Shown here in pieces: positions 1 through 9,553 of a DNA stretch of 64,000 bases (position 1 is its first letter; every line of letters begins with the position of its first letter). The DNA comes from a virus, in IMG/VR virus record IMGVR_UViG_3300045988_127310. One strand, written 5' to 3'. Position numbers and translations under genes: made by a program. The notes beneath the pieces are model-generated. The model ran no database searches, was not told the origin of the DNA, and was given only the letters and a program-made list of their open reading frames with translations.

Positions 1-760
1 CGGAGATAAGTTCTCTGATATTTCCGAAGTTACTTTATGGCTACTTAGAAGGGCTGCCGGCACAACTTCTATCCCGGAAGGAGAAGAGGTTTATGTAGAG
101 GGAGATGAGGTTAATAGTATTATGACCGATATGGAATCAAGGTACGGGATAGACACCATCAACCACTCACATACGACTAAGGCTATAAGGGATCTTGACG
201 GCGTGTCAGGTTATAAAGTAGAATACGGCTTAACCTTTTTGACATACGATCCTTTTATTAGAATATCCAATCCAAGGAAAGAATCTAAGGCCGCAAAAGA
301 CGAGCCTCGTATATCCGAAGAACCGCTTACTCACATATCAAGGGTGACAACCCCTTATTTCCTGTATGGTGGTGACGAAGCATATACATCTGTTCCGGCT
401 AAGGTAGAACCTATACCGGAGAAGATAATGGGTCGTAATGGTATTAAATTTGGTATGAGTGTAGTCGAGCTAACCAAATTAGGGTACAAAAAAGCTGGTG
501 GAAACTGGATATATAAATTCTATATGAACTCAGGTGTGTATGATTTGTATAATATCAGTACCGGTGAAGCGTTTAGGGCAAAACCGGATCTTGGAGTTAA
601 GATAAGTTCCAGTGCATTCATCCGTTCTTTATCTCAATCTGGTAGAAAAATACAAAATATGATGAGTAACATGAGCCAGGAAGAGATAGATAGGAATAAG
701 AATCTTGTAGAAGGTTCTGATAATTCGGATTCGATAAATGAGTTAAACAAGGAGTGTTGA
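1..760 (+). CDS. hypothetical protein, 5'-partial (frame stays open to the window edge; first ATG at 122)
   Basis: Frame 2 has no stop from position 2 to the stop at 758-760, and its third codon positions are A/T-rich like the rest of the genome. The other frames carry early stops. No recognisable motif. Confidence 0.5.
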   Translation, partial: GDKFSDISEVTLWLLRRAAGTTSIPEGEEVYVEGDEVNSIMTDMESRYGIDTINHSHTTKAIRDLDGVSGYKVEYGLTFLTYDPFIRISNPRKESKAAKDEPRISEEPLTHISRVTTPYFLYGGDEAYTSVPAKVEPIPEKIMGRNGIKFGMSVVELTKLGYKKAGGNWIYKFYMNSGVYDLYNISTGEAFRAKPDLGVKISSSAFIRSLSQSGRKIQNMMSNMSQEEIDRNKNLVEGSDNSDSINELNKEC

Positions 761-762
761 GT

Positions 763-1293
763 ATGAGAAGGAGATTTTTTAATGCTGCGGATAATTTCGT
801 GGGAGGATGTTATAATAAGTTATCCAATGAAGATATAAAAAGGCTTGGAGGGAAAAGACCTTATGTATGTCAGTTTAATAAAATTCATATACATATAGGA
901 CCTGTATTAAAAGATCATGATTCTGATGTTAGTTACATAATGTTTAATAGTGATTGGAATTATGGTGGTTATGATTCTATGGTTTATAATCATAGCAATA
1001 ATGGTATTTTTATATTAGGCGAAAATAAAATTGGTAATATAGAAAATCATATACAGGATCTAACATATTGGTACGAATATGATCCAAACATTAATGAAAA
1101 TTATTGTTATTATTATTATGAAGCTGATAATAGTGGAAATGCTATTAAGTTGAATGGTGAGTTTAGTGATGTTAGCACTGTTTTTAACATTCCCAGTTTG
1201 AAGGTTACCACTCTTCGTGATGGCAGTTTGAGTTTTCCAGAGATTTATATAGAAGGAGTTTGGGATCCGTCATTGTATAAGTCGATTTTATAG
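763..1293 (+). CDS. hypothetical N/Y-rich protein beginning MRRRF
   Basis: The ATG at 763 follows an AAGGAG-like element; the track's upstream start is GTG at 754. The N-terminus MRRRFF is shared with the ORFs at 16681 and 17303. Confidence 0.55.
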   Translation: MRRRFFNAADNFVGGCYNKLSNEDIKRLGGKRPYVCQFNKIHIHIGPVLKDHDSDVSYIMFNSDWNYGGYDSMVYNHSNNGIFILGENKIGNIENHIQDLTYWYEYDPNINENYCYYYYEADNSGNAIKLNGEFSDVSTVFNIPSLKVTTLRDGSLSFPEIYIEGVWDPSLYKSIL

Positions 1294-1318
1294 TTAATTT
1301 TGAAAAAAGTCAATTATT

Positions 1319-3577
1319 ATGGGTGTCAAATGTCAGATAGAAAAAAAGGAAAATGAAATAAAACGGGTTAAGGCTCCTAACGGGGAGCCTTCCGTCCTTT
1401 ACGAAAGTGCTTTAAAAGTATTAGGAAACAGCGAGCGGGCTCTTCAGGTATGGGCTAAGGCTTACACTCCTGGTTTTTTGTCGTATTACGGTCATTGGAA
1501 TAACCCGGCTCCAGGGGAGATGTTTAACACCGATCCCAATGACGAACCTCTTTTAGAAGATGTGCTGTCGTATATGAAGCGTCAGACTTATTTTGCTGAT
1601 CCTTTAACGGCTCAGGATGTTAAGGATGTAAGGGATTTCCTTTTGTCTACTCATTATTTTTTCAATGCGTCTTCATTGTCTAATGCTATTCTCTTCGATT
1701 TTTATGTAGATGGCAGTTTGATACTGAATGAGCAGAAATTAAGGAGATCCGGTTTGTATGATGAAACAGAAATAAGTCGTATTTTATCCGATCCTTCTGT
1801 TTTAAACGAGGTTTCGACTTCCATGAGAAAGTTAATAGATTCTTCTATTAACGAACATGATAGGGAAAAGGATAATTATTTTATGTCTGTTGACTATCAG
1901 TATGGTCCTGTTGTTTACAAGGAGGGAGTGTTTAACCAATTTGGTAAAAAAGTACCATATAATCCTTCTGAGCTTTATTGGGCTATGGGCAAAACAGTAG
2001 CCGGCATAAAAAACTTTTCTGAATTTTCATCTGCTTTTGAATCGTTGAGAAATTCATATCCTGAACTGGTTGAGAAATTCGTTTCTGATAAAGAATTTGC
2101 CGAATCTATGTTTGATGAGTTCTCATCTACGAATAAGATTCCGGTAATAAACATAGAAGGGGATGATGTGGTAGAAGGCAAGAGAAGATCCTTGTCTAAG
2201 CTACAAGATCTGTCTTATTACAATCCTGGCAAAATAGAGTTCCTAAGAGCTCGTATATCGGCTTATTTACATAGGGCTAATGCCGACACCGAATCCGATT
2301 TAAGAAGCATGATATGGGATATAGAAGAGGCTTGTACGTGGTTTGGCATAGATATAATAGGGACATCGGAAACTTATGATGGCACAGAAGAATCTTTGAA
2401 TAAGATAGATAATTTGATGCTGGATCTTGATATTTATGTGGCCAGGCATAATGATGTAAATTATGCTCCAACGCTGGCATCTTCTATAGATGATGTTCTT
2501 GGTGATAGCACAGATTATTATTCTGAATTATTGCCGGAGTATATGGATAATTTGAATATCGTTTATTCTGAATCCGATATAGACCCAGTAGAGGCATTTG
2601 AGAAACATTCATTGCTTAAGGTAGGAGATAATCTATATCAAAGGATCAGCAAAGATGATATTAACGAGATGTATCAAATATCAACAGTGTTAGCCAAGCA
2701 CAACCTAACTCATTTTTCTACTAAAATATATCCTGAATCTTGTTTTAAGAACGGCGTTTTGGATAAAGAGAAAGTACGGAACGTAGATAATAATACGCTC
2801 ATGGATTCCATTAAAAAATACGTCAGATCGTTCATGGATTCTCAGAACACGGAGGACATGATAATGACCAGGATGGCGTTTGGTCACCCGGCGGTACTTG
2901 ACGTTCCTTACGTGGATGTGGATCGGGAGTATAGTCGATACATGAACAAAAAACAAGATAGCGAAAACCCATTATCCTTATTCGATTTATACCAATCTTA
3001 CCTTGACAACAAACTCCATAAAACAAAATTATATGATAATGCCCATAAGTATCTTGACTTCAAACCTGGTCCATCTTTGGGCCTTATTTCTGATGATCCT
3101 GATATTTTGAAATCAATAGAATTATCTTTATCTGGAAAAGACAGGTTGATGTTGTTTGATTATAGCATGACCAGTACCGACCCTTCTTTATCAGAATTGT
3201 TTTATTTGGAGAAGTATGACCCTTCGTATGCCGGGAATGATTTTGAACACTATTTTTACACCAGGCACCCGTATTTGTTAAAAGAAAAATCGGGCCCTAA
3301 TATCGTAGAGCAAGATGGTGTTATAACAGCCGAAGGTATTTATGATAATTTTATAAGAGTAGGTAATAAGATATGGTCTAAAGTAAGCGAGAGTAGTTCC
3401 GGCTCTATCTACCAAAATCTGACAGGAACCGAATCAGAGGTGAAATACGATTCTACTCAGAAGGCTAAGACGGTAGAAACCGATTACGCTCCATACCAAA
3501 ACAGATCTGGCTTGACGCAAGACATGACCGTAAGCAAGCCTGAATTGGATGATCTTAATAAATTGGAATGTAGGTAA
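1319..3577 (+). CDS. large hypothetical protein (752 aa), possibly virion-associated
   Basis: Long uninterrupted ORF followed by the hairpin terminator at 3623-3653. No catalytic motif recognised. Confidence 0.6.
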   Translation: MGVKCQIEKKENEIKRVKAPNGEPSVLYESALKVLGNSERALQVWAKAYTPGFLSYYGHWNNPAPGEMFNTDPNDEPLLEDVLSYMKRQTYFADPLTAQDVKDVRDFLLSTHYFFNASSLSNAILFDFYVDGSLILNEQKLRRSGLYDETEISRILSDPSVLNEVSTSMRKLIDSSINEHDREKDNYFMSVDYQYGPVVYKEGVFNQFGKKVPYNPSELYWAMGKTVAGIKNFSEFSSAFESLRNSYPELVEKFVSDKEFAESMFDEFSSTNKIPVINIEGDDVVEGKRRSLSKLQDLSYYNPGKIEFLRARISAYLHRANADTESDLRSMIWDIEEACTWFGIDIIGTSETYDGTEESLNKIDNLMLDLDIYVARHNDVNYAPTLASSIDDVLGDSTDYYSELLPEYMDNLNIVYSESDIDPVEAFEKHSLLKVGDNLYQRISKDDINEMYQISTVLAKHNLTHFSTKIYPESCFKNGVLDKEKVRNVDNNTLMDSIKKYVRSFMDSQNTEDMIMTRMAFGHPAVLDVPYVDVDREYSRYMNKKQDSENPLSLFDLYQSYLDNKLHKTKLYDNAHKYLDFKPGPSLGLISDDPDILKSIELSLSGKDRLMLFDYSMTSTDPSLSELFYLEKYDPSYAGNDFEHYFYTRHPYLLKEKSGPNIVEQDGVITAEGIYDNFIRVGNKIWSKVSESSSGSIYQNLTGTESEVKYDSTQKAKTVETDYAPYQNRSGLTQDMTVSKPELDDLNKLECR

Positions 3578-3622
3578 TTTTTGTGTACATATATATAGTC
3601 TTTTCATAGTTATAATTTGGGA

Positions 3623-3653
3623 AGTGAGGCTTGTGAAAGTCTCACTTTTCTCA
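3623..3653 (+). terminator. rho-independent terminator-like hairpin (AGTGAG/CTCACT stem plus T-run)
   Basis: 6-bp perfect stem with 12-nt loop, followed by TTTTCTC, 46 nt after the stop of the 752-aa ORF. Confidence 0.5.
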
Positions 3654-4285
3654 TATATGCACGTATATCAATAACATACAAGAAAAGTTAGATTTTCATT
3701 GTTTATGAATTATTTTTATTAAGTTTGCAATATTAGTTTCAGGAAGGGATTATAGAAATAGGAAAAAGTAAGAACCGGACGTAACTAATAACAGTAGGAA
3801 ATGAGAATCAGTACCATCAAACGTAATAACAGCATTCATCTTATGTATAAAAACATTATGAATGATTTAGGTCAATTAAGAACTGTAGTTTCAAAATCCT
3901 ATATTTATAATCTGATACAAAATCAAACCGGATTAAGTATCAGAACTATATCCCATGTCTTGAATCATACAAAAGAACAGGATACAGATTCTTTGCGAAA
4001 GGCATACATTTTCATATATTTGTGTGTTCTTTAGTTTTTAGATTTAAGTTTTTCATGGTATTAGTTTAGATTAGTATAGATCAGGGTTCGCAGTGATGCG
4101 GGCCCTGGTTTGATTTAAAAAGTATTAAAATATTTGCTATTTAAAATCCTGTTCCTATCTTTGCTCCAGAAACAATGAACAACGAGATCCCACCTCTGGT
4201 TGTTTGATGTTGAAAGATATTTTTGGCTCATTAGGGTTTGTCATAGTGGGATCTGACATTCTCTTTTGGGCCTATTTTTTTTATC

Positions 4286-4852
4286 ATGGATAAAGTTTCT
4301 GTTTTTGAAAGTTCGGATTTTGGAGAGCTTAGAATTATTGTAGATCCAAAAGGAGATGTTTGGTTTGTGGCGTCAGATGTGGCTAAATCTCTTGGATATA
4401 TAAATGCTAAAGATGCGGTAAAAAGACATGTAGATGATGATGATTCTATGCTTTTGCAAGTATCTGATAATCAATGGGGCGTAAAACGATCTATATTGAA
4501 AACCAGATATATAGATAGTATAAGAATAATTAATGAATCTGGTTTATATTCTCTTATATTATCTTCAAAATTAGAGTCTGCTAAGAGATTTAAGAAATGG
4601 GTAACATCTGAGGTTCTTCCTTCTATTCGTAAAACAGGAGAATATAAAACAAGTTCCGGTGGAAAGGGAATTTTGGTCCCTGACTTTTCTAATCCGGCAG
4701 ATGCAGCAAGAGCCTGGGCTGATCAGTATGAAGCTGCTCAGAGAGCTATAGCCGAAAAGTCGCAGGCAGAGGCAGAAGCCGGCGTTCTGATGGGACGTAC
4801 ATGGGGTACGGTGGTGGTATTTACGACCATTACGGTATGCATGAGAAGATGA
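4286..4852 (+). CDS. Bro-N (BRO family N-terminal / KilA-N-like) domain protein, antirepressor-like
   Basis: The N-terminal ~110 aa (FxFxxxELRIIVDxxGxxWFVASDVAKSLGY...AVKRHVDDDD) match the Bro-N DNA-binding domain signature. The last ~20 codons look out of frame; see the collinear ORF at 4801. Confidence 0.7.
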   Translation: MDKVSVFESSDFGELRIIVDPKGDVWFVASDVAKSLGYINAKDAVKRHVDDDDSMLLQVSDNQWGVKRSILKTRYIDSIRIINESGLYSLILSSKLESAKRFKKWVTSEVLPSIRKTGEYKTSSGGKGILVPDFSNPADAARAWADQYEAAQRAIAEKSQAEAEAGVLMGRTWGTVVVFTTITVCMRR

Positions 4853-5058
4853 AGGAAATGGAAGAACGCGAAAACGAGCTGGAAGAAAGGGAAAGAAGGC
4901 TTGAAGAGCGCGAACGTCGTCATGAAATGGAGGACCGGGAATACCGGAGGATGGGTTACGAATCCTACCCGACCGATTACTATGGAGACGACAGATACTA
5001 CGGTGACGGACCTCAGATGCGTAGAGGTCGCGGACGTGGCAGAGGTCGTTCTTATTGA
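4801..5058 (+). CDS. highly charged Glu/Arg-rich segment ending in an (RG)4 repeat; possibly a frameshifted continuation of the Bro-N gene
   Basis: Strong triplet periodicity. The frame is open from 4732, overlaps the Bro-N ORF by 52 nt in another frame, and ends at a single TGA at 5056-5058. Confidence 0.35.
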   Translation: MGYGGGIYDHYGMHEKMKEMEERENELEERERRLEERERRHEMEDREYRRMGYESYPTDYYGDDRYYGDGPQMRRGRGRGRGRSY

Positions 5059-5151
5059 GGAGCAGACGCAGAGGATCCAGCTTATCAGAAATATGTAGAT
5101 ACTTACGGCTACCATTTTTCTAATGCTCTCGCTGATGAGGCGGTAAAGAAG

Positions 5152-5445
5152 ATGGTCAACGTCGATGGATCCAAGAGGATCTGGAAGCAGCCGGAAATAA
5201 AAGATATTTTTGAAAAGTGCGGAGCGAAGAAGCCGGATAAAGCGACATGGGGCGATGTCCAATATGTCTTTGCAATGTACTATTCGGATGGTTTTCCGAA
5301 GGTCTTCAAATGTGAGAACGAGTTGGTGAAAGCTACGTTAATGTATTTGGATGATCCGGATGCTCCCGAAGGAGTAGCCTTTATAAGATGGCTTGCCGTG
5401 CAAGATTACCTCGGCGAAAAAATAAACTGGAAGGATCTGACCTGA
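5152..5445 (+). CDS. hypothetical protein; same frame as 4801..5058, separated from it only by one TGA
   Basis: Frame 1 is open from 5059 to 5445 with no stops between the TGA and the ATG at 5152. Followed by an imperfect GC hairpin plus T-run at about 5550-5590. Confidence 0.4.
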   Translation: MVNVDGSKRIWKQPEIKDIFEKCGAKKPDKATWGDVQYVFAMYYSDGFPKVFKCENELVKATLMYLDDPDAPEGVAFIRWLAVQDYLGEKINWKDLT

Positions 5446-5880
5446 GATCCAGACCCAGGTCCTTCCGGTGGTGCGGGAGCCATAGTAAAAAAAATATGAT
5501 TCCCGCATTCCCGTTTTTCCCGTTTGGAAAAAAAAGGAATAAAAATATTATACCGGTCGGCGGGCAATAGAATACCCGTGGCCGGTTTGTTTCACATAAC
5601 TTTTTTTTGACATGAATATAGCACACGAATCTAAATCGAATAAAACCCCATTGTATTTAATAGGAGAGTTGATTGGCGTACCGAATACGGTTATGGACTC
5701 AGCATTGCATGAACTGAAAGATAGAATAGACAAAGACCCTAAATATAAAGATGTTAAAAATTGGCTCGAATCTTTACCCAAGATCTGAACCTATTTTTCC
5801 CAATACCAGGCCCGATGCGATTTTAACGTATCGGGTTTTTATTTTAATTCATATTGTTTTATTTTAAATCTAATTAATTT

Positions 5881-6144
5881 ATGAATGTCGTACTTTTGTT
5901 GAAAAAGTATTTTTTTATGGAAAATAAGGAAGATTACGTTGGTTACGAAGATCAAGAACTGTGTAACCGGTATTACAAAGAGGCTGAAGCCATGAGGCAA
6001 AAGCAGGACTGGTCTCGGCTTAGGGCTGCCCCTGCTCCGGCTAAGGGAACGCCATCGCCCGGCTGGGGTCAGCTTGGACGTGGAAATGAAGTTCGTGTCA
6101 AGTACGTTAGCATCAATTCAGGATTGGGAGGGGATAGGTTATGA
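5881..6144 (+). CDS. hypothetical small protein (early-type cluster)
   Basis: First of a run of ten short rightward ORFs with 4-nt ATGA start/stop overlaps. A second in-frame ATG lies at 5917. The middle section is GC-rich. Confidence 0.4.
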   Translation: MNVVLLLKKYFFMENKEDYVGYEDQELCNRYYKEAEAMRQKQDWSRLRAAPAPAKGTPSPGWGQLGRGNEVRVKYVSINSGLGGDRL

Positions 6145-6359
6145 CTGTAGAAGAATTAGCTAATAAAAGATACGGTGGCGAATTTGTTTTCATGCTTGGT
6201 TATTTGGAAGGTGTAACAAGATTCGTTTTTGAATGTTTCGATCCCAGACCTGATCACGAAGGTAAAAATACTTATATGGCTTCCTATTTTGATAAGCGCA
6301 TCCGTAGAAGAGATGTGGTGGATGTACCGTATTATATGAATGTTTCAACGAAATCATGA
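6141..6359 (+). CDS. hypothetical small protein
   Basis: ATGA overlap with the upstream ORF (translational coupling). Confidence 0.45.
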   Translation: MTVEELANKRYGGEFVFMLGYLEGVTRFVFECFDPRPDHEGKNTYMASYFDKRIRRRDVVDVPYYMNVSTKS

Positions 6360-6559
6360 AAACACTACTTTTTAACATACCTTCTTTCTCTGGTAAGATA
6401 GTTTCTCCTACCTGGATTAAGGCCGTAAGATATTTTCAATCCAGATCGAAGGCAGAAAGAGATTCGTATTGTTCGGTTTGTGGATGTACGGGAGGGTGTA
6501 ACCTGTGCGATGATATAAGTAAATATAGGATTTCAGAACAACTAAAATATTATATATAA
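6356..6559 (+). CDS. hypothetical Cys-rich small protein
   Basis: ATGA overlap with the upstream ORF. Carries a CSVCGCTGGCNLCDD cysteine cluster. Confidence 0.45.
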   Translation: MKTLLFNIPSFSGKIVSPTWIKAVRYFQSRSKAERDSYCSVCGCTGGCNLCDDISKYRISEQLKYYI

Positions 6560-6560
6560 T

Positions 6561-7193
6561 ATGGTTAGAATCGCATATTTCGGAACCGATGGCTGCCCCG
6601 GTCATCACGTTATTCCAATACGAGGTAGATTCACAGAAGAGGATATTAAGGTAATAGAATCTGTAGATTGTGATGATTTCTATAAGGTGTTTGACGTCAT
6701 GCGTTTTAAGATAGCTGAGTTTAAAGGATGGACGATATTGGGAATCCCGGCAAGCTTAGACGATCATAGACCTGGAAGCAAAACCGTTATCTTCATAGAG
6801 GGTAAAGCTAACGAAGCTGATTTTATGGAAGTCATACAAGAGTATTCTTTTCTTAAAAATAATGTAAAGAAACTTGCCGAATTGTATCATGATGGAGAAT
6901 GGTTTGCTACTGGTAAATTGAATCAAGATCCGCCTAATAAGGAACAGTTTCAATTTGCGTTAGACAAGGATGATATTATTAACATGATTAGGGGAGTCGA
7001 TTTAGATCCTTATTCTGATGTGGCGAATGAAATGGAGAAAATCGGATTGGGATCATCATCTGATTCTTCATATGAGGGTCCCATATGGTCTTGGTTTGTT
7101 AACAAAGTAGAACTTTGGCAGAAGAATAATGTATGGGATAGTTTCTCCGCTGAGTTTTTGTGGGGTTTGTATTGTAAGATAAAGAAAGTATAA
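6561..7193 (+). CDS. hypothetical protein (210 aa)
   Basis: Starts 2 nt after the previous stop. No recognisable motif. Confidence 0.55.
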   Translation: MVRIAYFGTDGCPGHHVIPIRGRFTEEDIKVIESVDCDDFYKVFDVMRFKIAEFKGWTILGIPASLDDHRPGSKTVIFIEGKANEADFMEVIQEYSFLKNNVKKLAELYHDGEWFATGKLNQDPPNKEQFQFALDKDDIINMIRGVDLDPYSDVANEMEKIGLGSSSDSSYEGPIWSWFVNKVELWQKNNVWDSFSAEFLWGLYCKIKKV

Positions 7194-7216
7194 TAACAAC
7201 TAATTTAAAATAAATC

Positions 7217-8080
7217 ATGGAATTAAAGGATTTTAAAGATGTAATTAGAGTGATGACAAAAGAAGAGTTCGAATCAGCAATCAACGAAGATATTAAATTC
7301 GTTGAAATATTTAAGCATTTTTTTAAACATGATGATGATGCGAGGATAATAGAACACGTAAAGTCAGTGTTAGAAGCATCAGTAGATTACTTCTATCCTA
7401 ATCATCCTGAAGTAGAATTTGAAAAAGATTTTAATATACAATACGATGTCAATAAGATCTTGAACAAATACGGCCACACCGAAATGGGTCTGTATAAAAT
7501 ACAGCTCTATGTAGAGAAGATTTTGGGTAGTATTCAAAACAAGAAGCCTGTAGACGTGGGAGAAGTCTCTGACGGATACCACACTTTCAATGAATTGTAT
7601 CGGTATCGCATGTTGTATAACGCTGCCTTCTTTAATCTATTAGCCAGAAGCGGACAGGTTGAAGTTTGCAAATCAAGGAGACACAGCGACGGAGAAAAAT
7701 GCTTCGGTTCTGATGATTGGTTTATTGTGATGGCGATCCTACCTACCGGTCAGGTATCTAATCACTATGAAAGCAAATACTGGGATTTGTTTGATGTTCC
7801 TGAAAGAGAGACCGCTTTCGAATACGATGGCCATACATCAAATGAAGCTGCCGACAGACTTAAAAAGTATCTCAAACTGCCTCGTCGTGGCATGACATTC
7901 GAACAGGCTTTAGAACGGCTTAAATTAGGTAGTAAGATAAAAAGAATCGATTGGGGTAAAAAGTATATCTGTATATTTGACGTAAATATATTGATGGTAG
8001 ATACAGGTCAAAAAGTAGCATCAAATTGGAATCCAACCGAACATGATATTATGTCTAATGACTGGGAGATTGCGGGATGA
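7217..8080 (+). CDS. fusion protein with a C-terminal DUF2829/Tad2-like domain (candidate anti-Thoeris signal sponge) and an uncharacterised ~225-aa N-terminal region
   Basis: The C-terminal ~60 aa (MTFEQALERLKLGSKIKRIDWGKK...WNPTEHDIMSNDWEI) fit the M-x-F-x-E-A-L...K-x-G-x-K-[VI]-x-R-x-x-W ... W-x-P/S-x-x-D-x-x-x-x-D-W pattern I associate with DUF2829/Tad2. This is recall only, not a database hit. Confidence 0.5.
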   Translation: MELKDFKDVIRVMTKEEFESAINEDIKFVEIFKHFFKHDDDARIIEHVKSVLEASVDYFYPNHPEVEFEKDFNIQYDVNKILNKYGHTEMGLYKIQLYVEKILGSIQNKKPVDVGEVSDGYHTFNELYRYRMLYNAAFFNLLARSGQVEVCKSRRHSDGEKCFGSDDWFIVMAILPTGQVSNHYESKYWDLFDVPERETAFEYDGHTSNEAADRLKKYLKLPRRGMTFEQALERLKLGSKIKRIDWGKKYICIFDVNILMVDTGQKVASNWNPTEHDIMSNDWEIAG

Positions 8081-8352
8081 GTTTGTTTGTATGTTCAAAA
8101 TGTGGCTGTATAGATAATACAGCCACATCATATTACTGGGCTCTTATAAGACCTTGTAAGAATCGTATTTACGATAAGTCGCTAAAGGGATATGAAGGCA
8201 AGCCTCTTTGTTCTGAATGTGCCGCTATTGAATATAGTAAGGGAGGCGAAGTGGTGGTAGTTCCTGGAACGTGGCACGGTAAGTTCAAGAAAGAATGGCC
8301 TACTGAAGAAGAAAAGAAGCATATTGGTAAAAACGGTATTTTAAATTATTGA
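8077..8352 (+). CDS. zinc-ribbon small protein
   Basis: Two CxxC pairs (CSKCGC...CSEC). ATGA overlap with the upstream gene. Confidence 0.5.
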   Translation: MSLFVCSKCGCIDNTATSYYWALIRPCKNRIYDKSLKGYEGKPLCSECAAIEYSKGGEVVVVPGTWHGKFKKEWPTEEEKKHIGKNGILNY

Positions 8353-8355
8353 TTT

Positions 8356-8661
8356 ATGTGTGATAAGGAAATTGTTGTATGTGCAGCTATATGGGTTCAA
8401 GATCACAAGAACAAGCCTCACGGTCCAGTAAATATACCATCTGGAACCGTATTTTGTGGATTGAGACACTGTTCCATAATATCGCAACTTGCGGCATACG
8501 GAATAGCTCATAAAAACCGCAGTGTTCAAGGATTTTTGACAAGCAAGAATCGGTTTTTAACAAGAGAGGAAGCGTCTGAACTTGTTAGAAACAATAATCA
8601 GGAGATGGTGGTAGATAGAAATGCCATTAGAGAACAGTTGTATTCAGAAGATTTGTATTAA
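8356..8661 (+). CDS. hypothetical small protein
   Basis: Colinear ORF with no overlapping competitor. Confidence 0.5.
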   Translation: MCDKEIVVCAAIWVQDHKNKPHGPVNIPSGTVFCGLRHCSIISQLAAYGIAHKNRSVQGFLTSKNRFLTREEASELVRNNNQEMVVDRNAIREQLYSEDLY

Positions 8662-8678
8662 CTAAAAAATAAAACAAT

Positions 8679-9029
8679 ATGGGATTTATAATCAAAAAGT
8701 CAATATTTTATGATATGATGGACGGCAATCAATTAAAGTATGAATTTGACAACAGGGATTTAGATCATATCACATTTAAAGGTGATGGTAAAGAATCTTT
8801 TTCATTTAACAGAGCACTTGTTGAAAATTTAATTGAGACATTTGAAACCATGCATGATATATATTCCGATAATTACAAGCTTAAGGTTTATACTGGTAAT
8901 TGCATAATTCAATTGAGCGAAGATTCAAAGGACTTAAGTAAATCCTTTTTTGACGTATATGATAAAGATGAAATGAAAATGATATACGCAATAAATATCA
9001 GTATCTTGAAAGAAATGTTTGTCATATGA
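8679..9029 (+). CDS. hypothetical small protein
   Basis: Colinear ORF. Confidence 0.5.
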   Translation: MGFIIKKSIFYDMMDGNQLKYEFDNRDLDHITFKGDGKESFSFNRALVENLIETFETMHDIYSDNYKLKVYTGNCIIQLSEDSKDLSKSFFDVYDKDEMKMIYAINISILKEMFVI

Positions 9030-9223
9030 TCACCAAGCAAGATATACAAGCAGCAACATCGTATATTTTCCGAAGCAGTTTTGTCTCGGAGGACCAGGCA
9101 AGGAAAGCAATGGTAAGAGCCGGCAATAACGCTACCAAGAACCTCGTCAAGACCTTTAGAGGCAAGTTGTTCAAGAAAGCTTTTGAAAGAGCCCGTAGAG
9201 GAAAGGATATCAGTTTTTTTTGA
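9026..9223 (+). CDS. hypothetical basic small protein
   Basis: ATGA overlap with the upstream ORF. Lys/Arg-rich. Confidence 0.4.
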   Translation: MITKQDIQAATSYIFRSSFVSEDQARKAMVRAGNNATKNLVKTFRGKLFKKAFERARRGKDISFF

Positions 9224-9332
9224 AAGACAGGAAAAAGAAAGTGGTTTCAACTTTCTTTACAATCCTAATAATGGTCGTATGCAAAGCGGTCATATTATAA
9301 TAGATGGAATTGATCTGTTTAAACAAATAATT

Positions 9333-9503
9333 CATGAAAGGTAAAAAAGTTGATATTCGTTTAGGTAGAGGTCTGGCGAATCAGATTAAGATAAACAAAA
9401 CCATTCCAGTGTCTCATAAACCAAAAGAAGAACGTCGAATGATGTTTATTTGTGGTGATGATATTGCTTCTCTTATAAAGCGGTTTGAAAATGAATCAAA
9501 GTA
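9333..9503 (+). CDS. possible 56-aa ORF below the ORF-track size cut-off
   Basis: Runs from the ATG at 9333 to the TAA at 9501-9503. A hairpin with T-run follows at about 9508-9540. Confidence 0.25.
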
Positions 9504-9553
9504 ATATAAAGTCGGGCATGTGTCTTGTCTGACTTTTTTTATATATTTGTGGC

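Noticed and set aside
5056-5058. Genome-wide TGA (or TAG) stop-codon reassignment, as seen in some Bacteroides crAss-like phages
   Set aside because: All other long ORFs, including the 2148-aa and 752-aa genes, are intact under the standard code. The single in-frame TGA is therefore a local event.
4738-5262. Minus-strand 174-aa ORF overlapping the Bro/RG-rich region; also other antisense ORFs inside large genes (for example 11588..11920, 14088..14567, 15879..16103)
   Set aside because: They lie antisense to ORFs with strong codon periodicity and motifs, and their low-complexity composition is typical of shadow ORFs.
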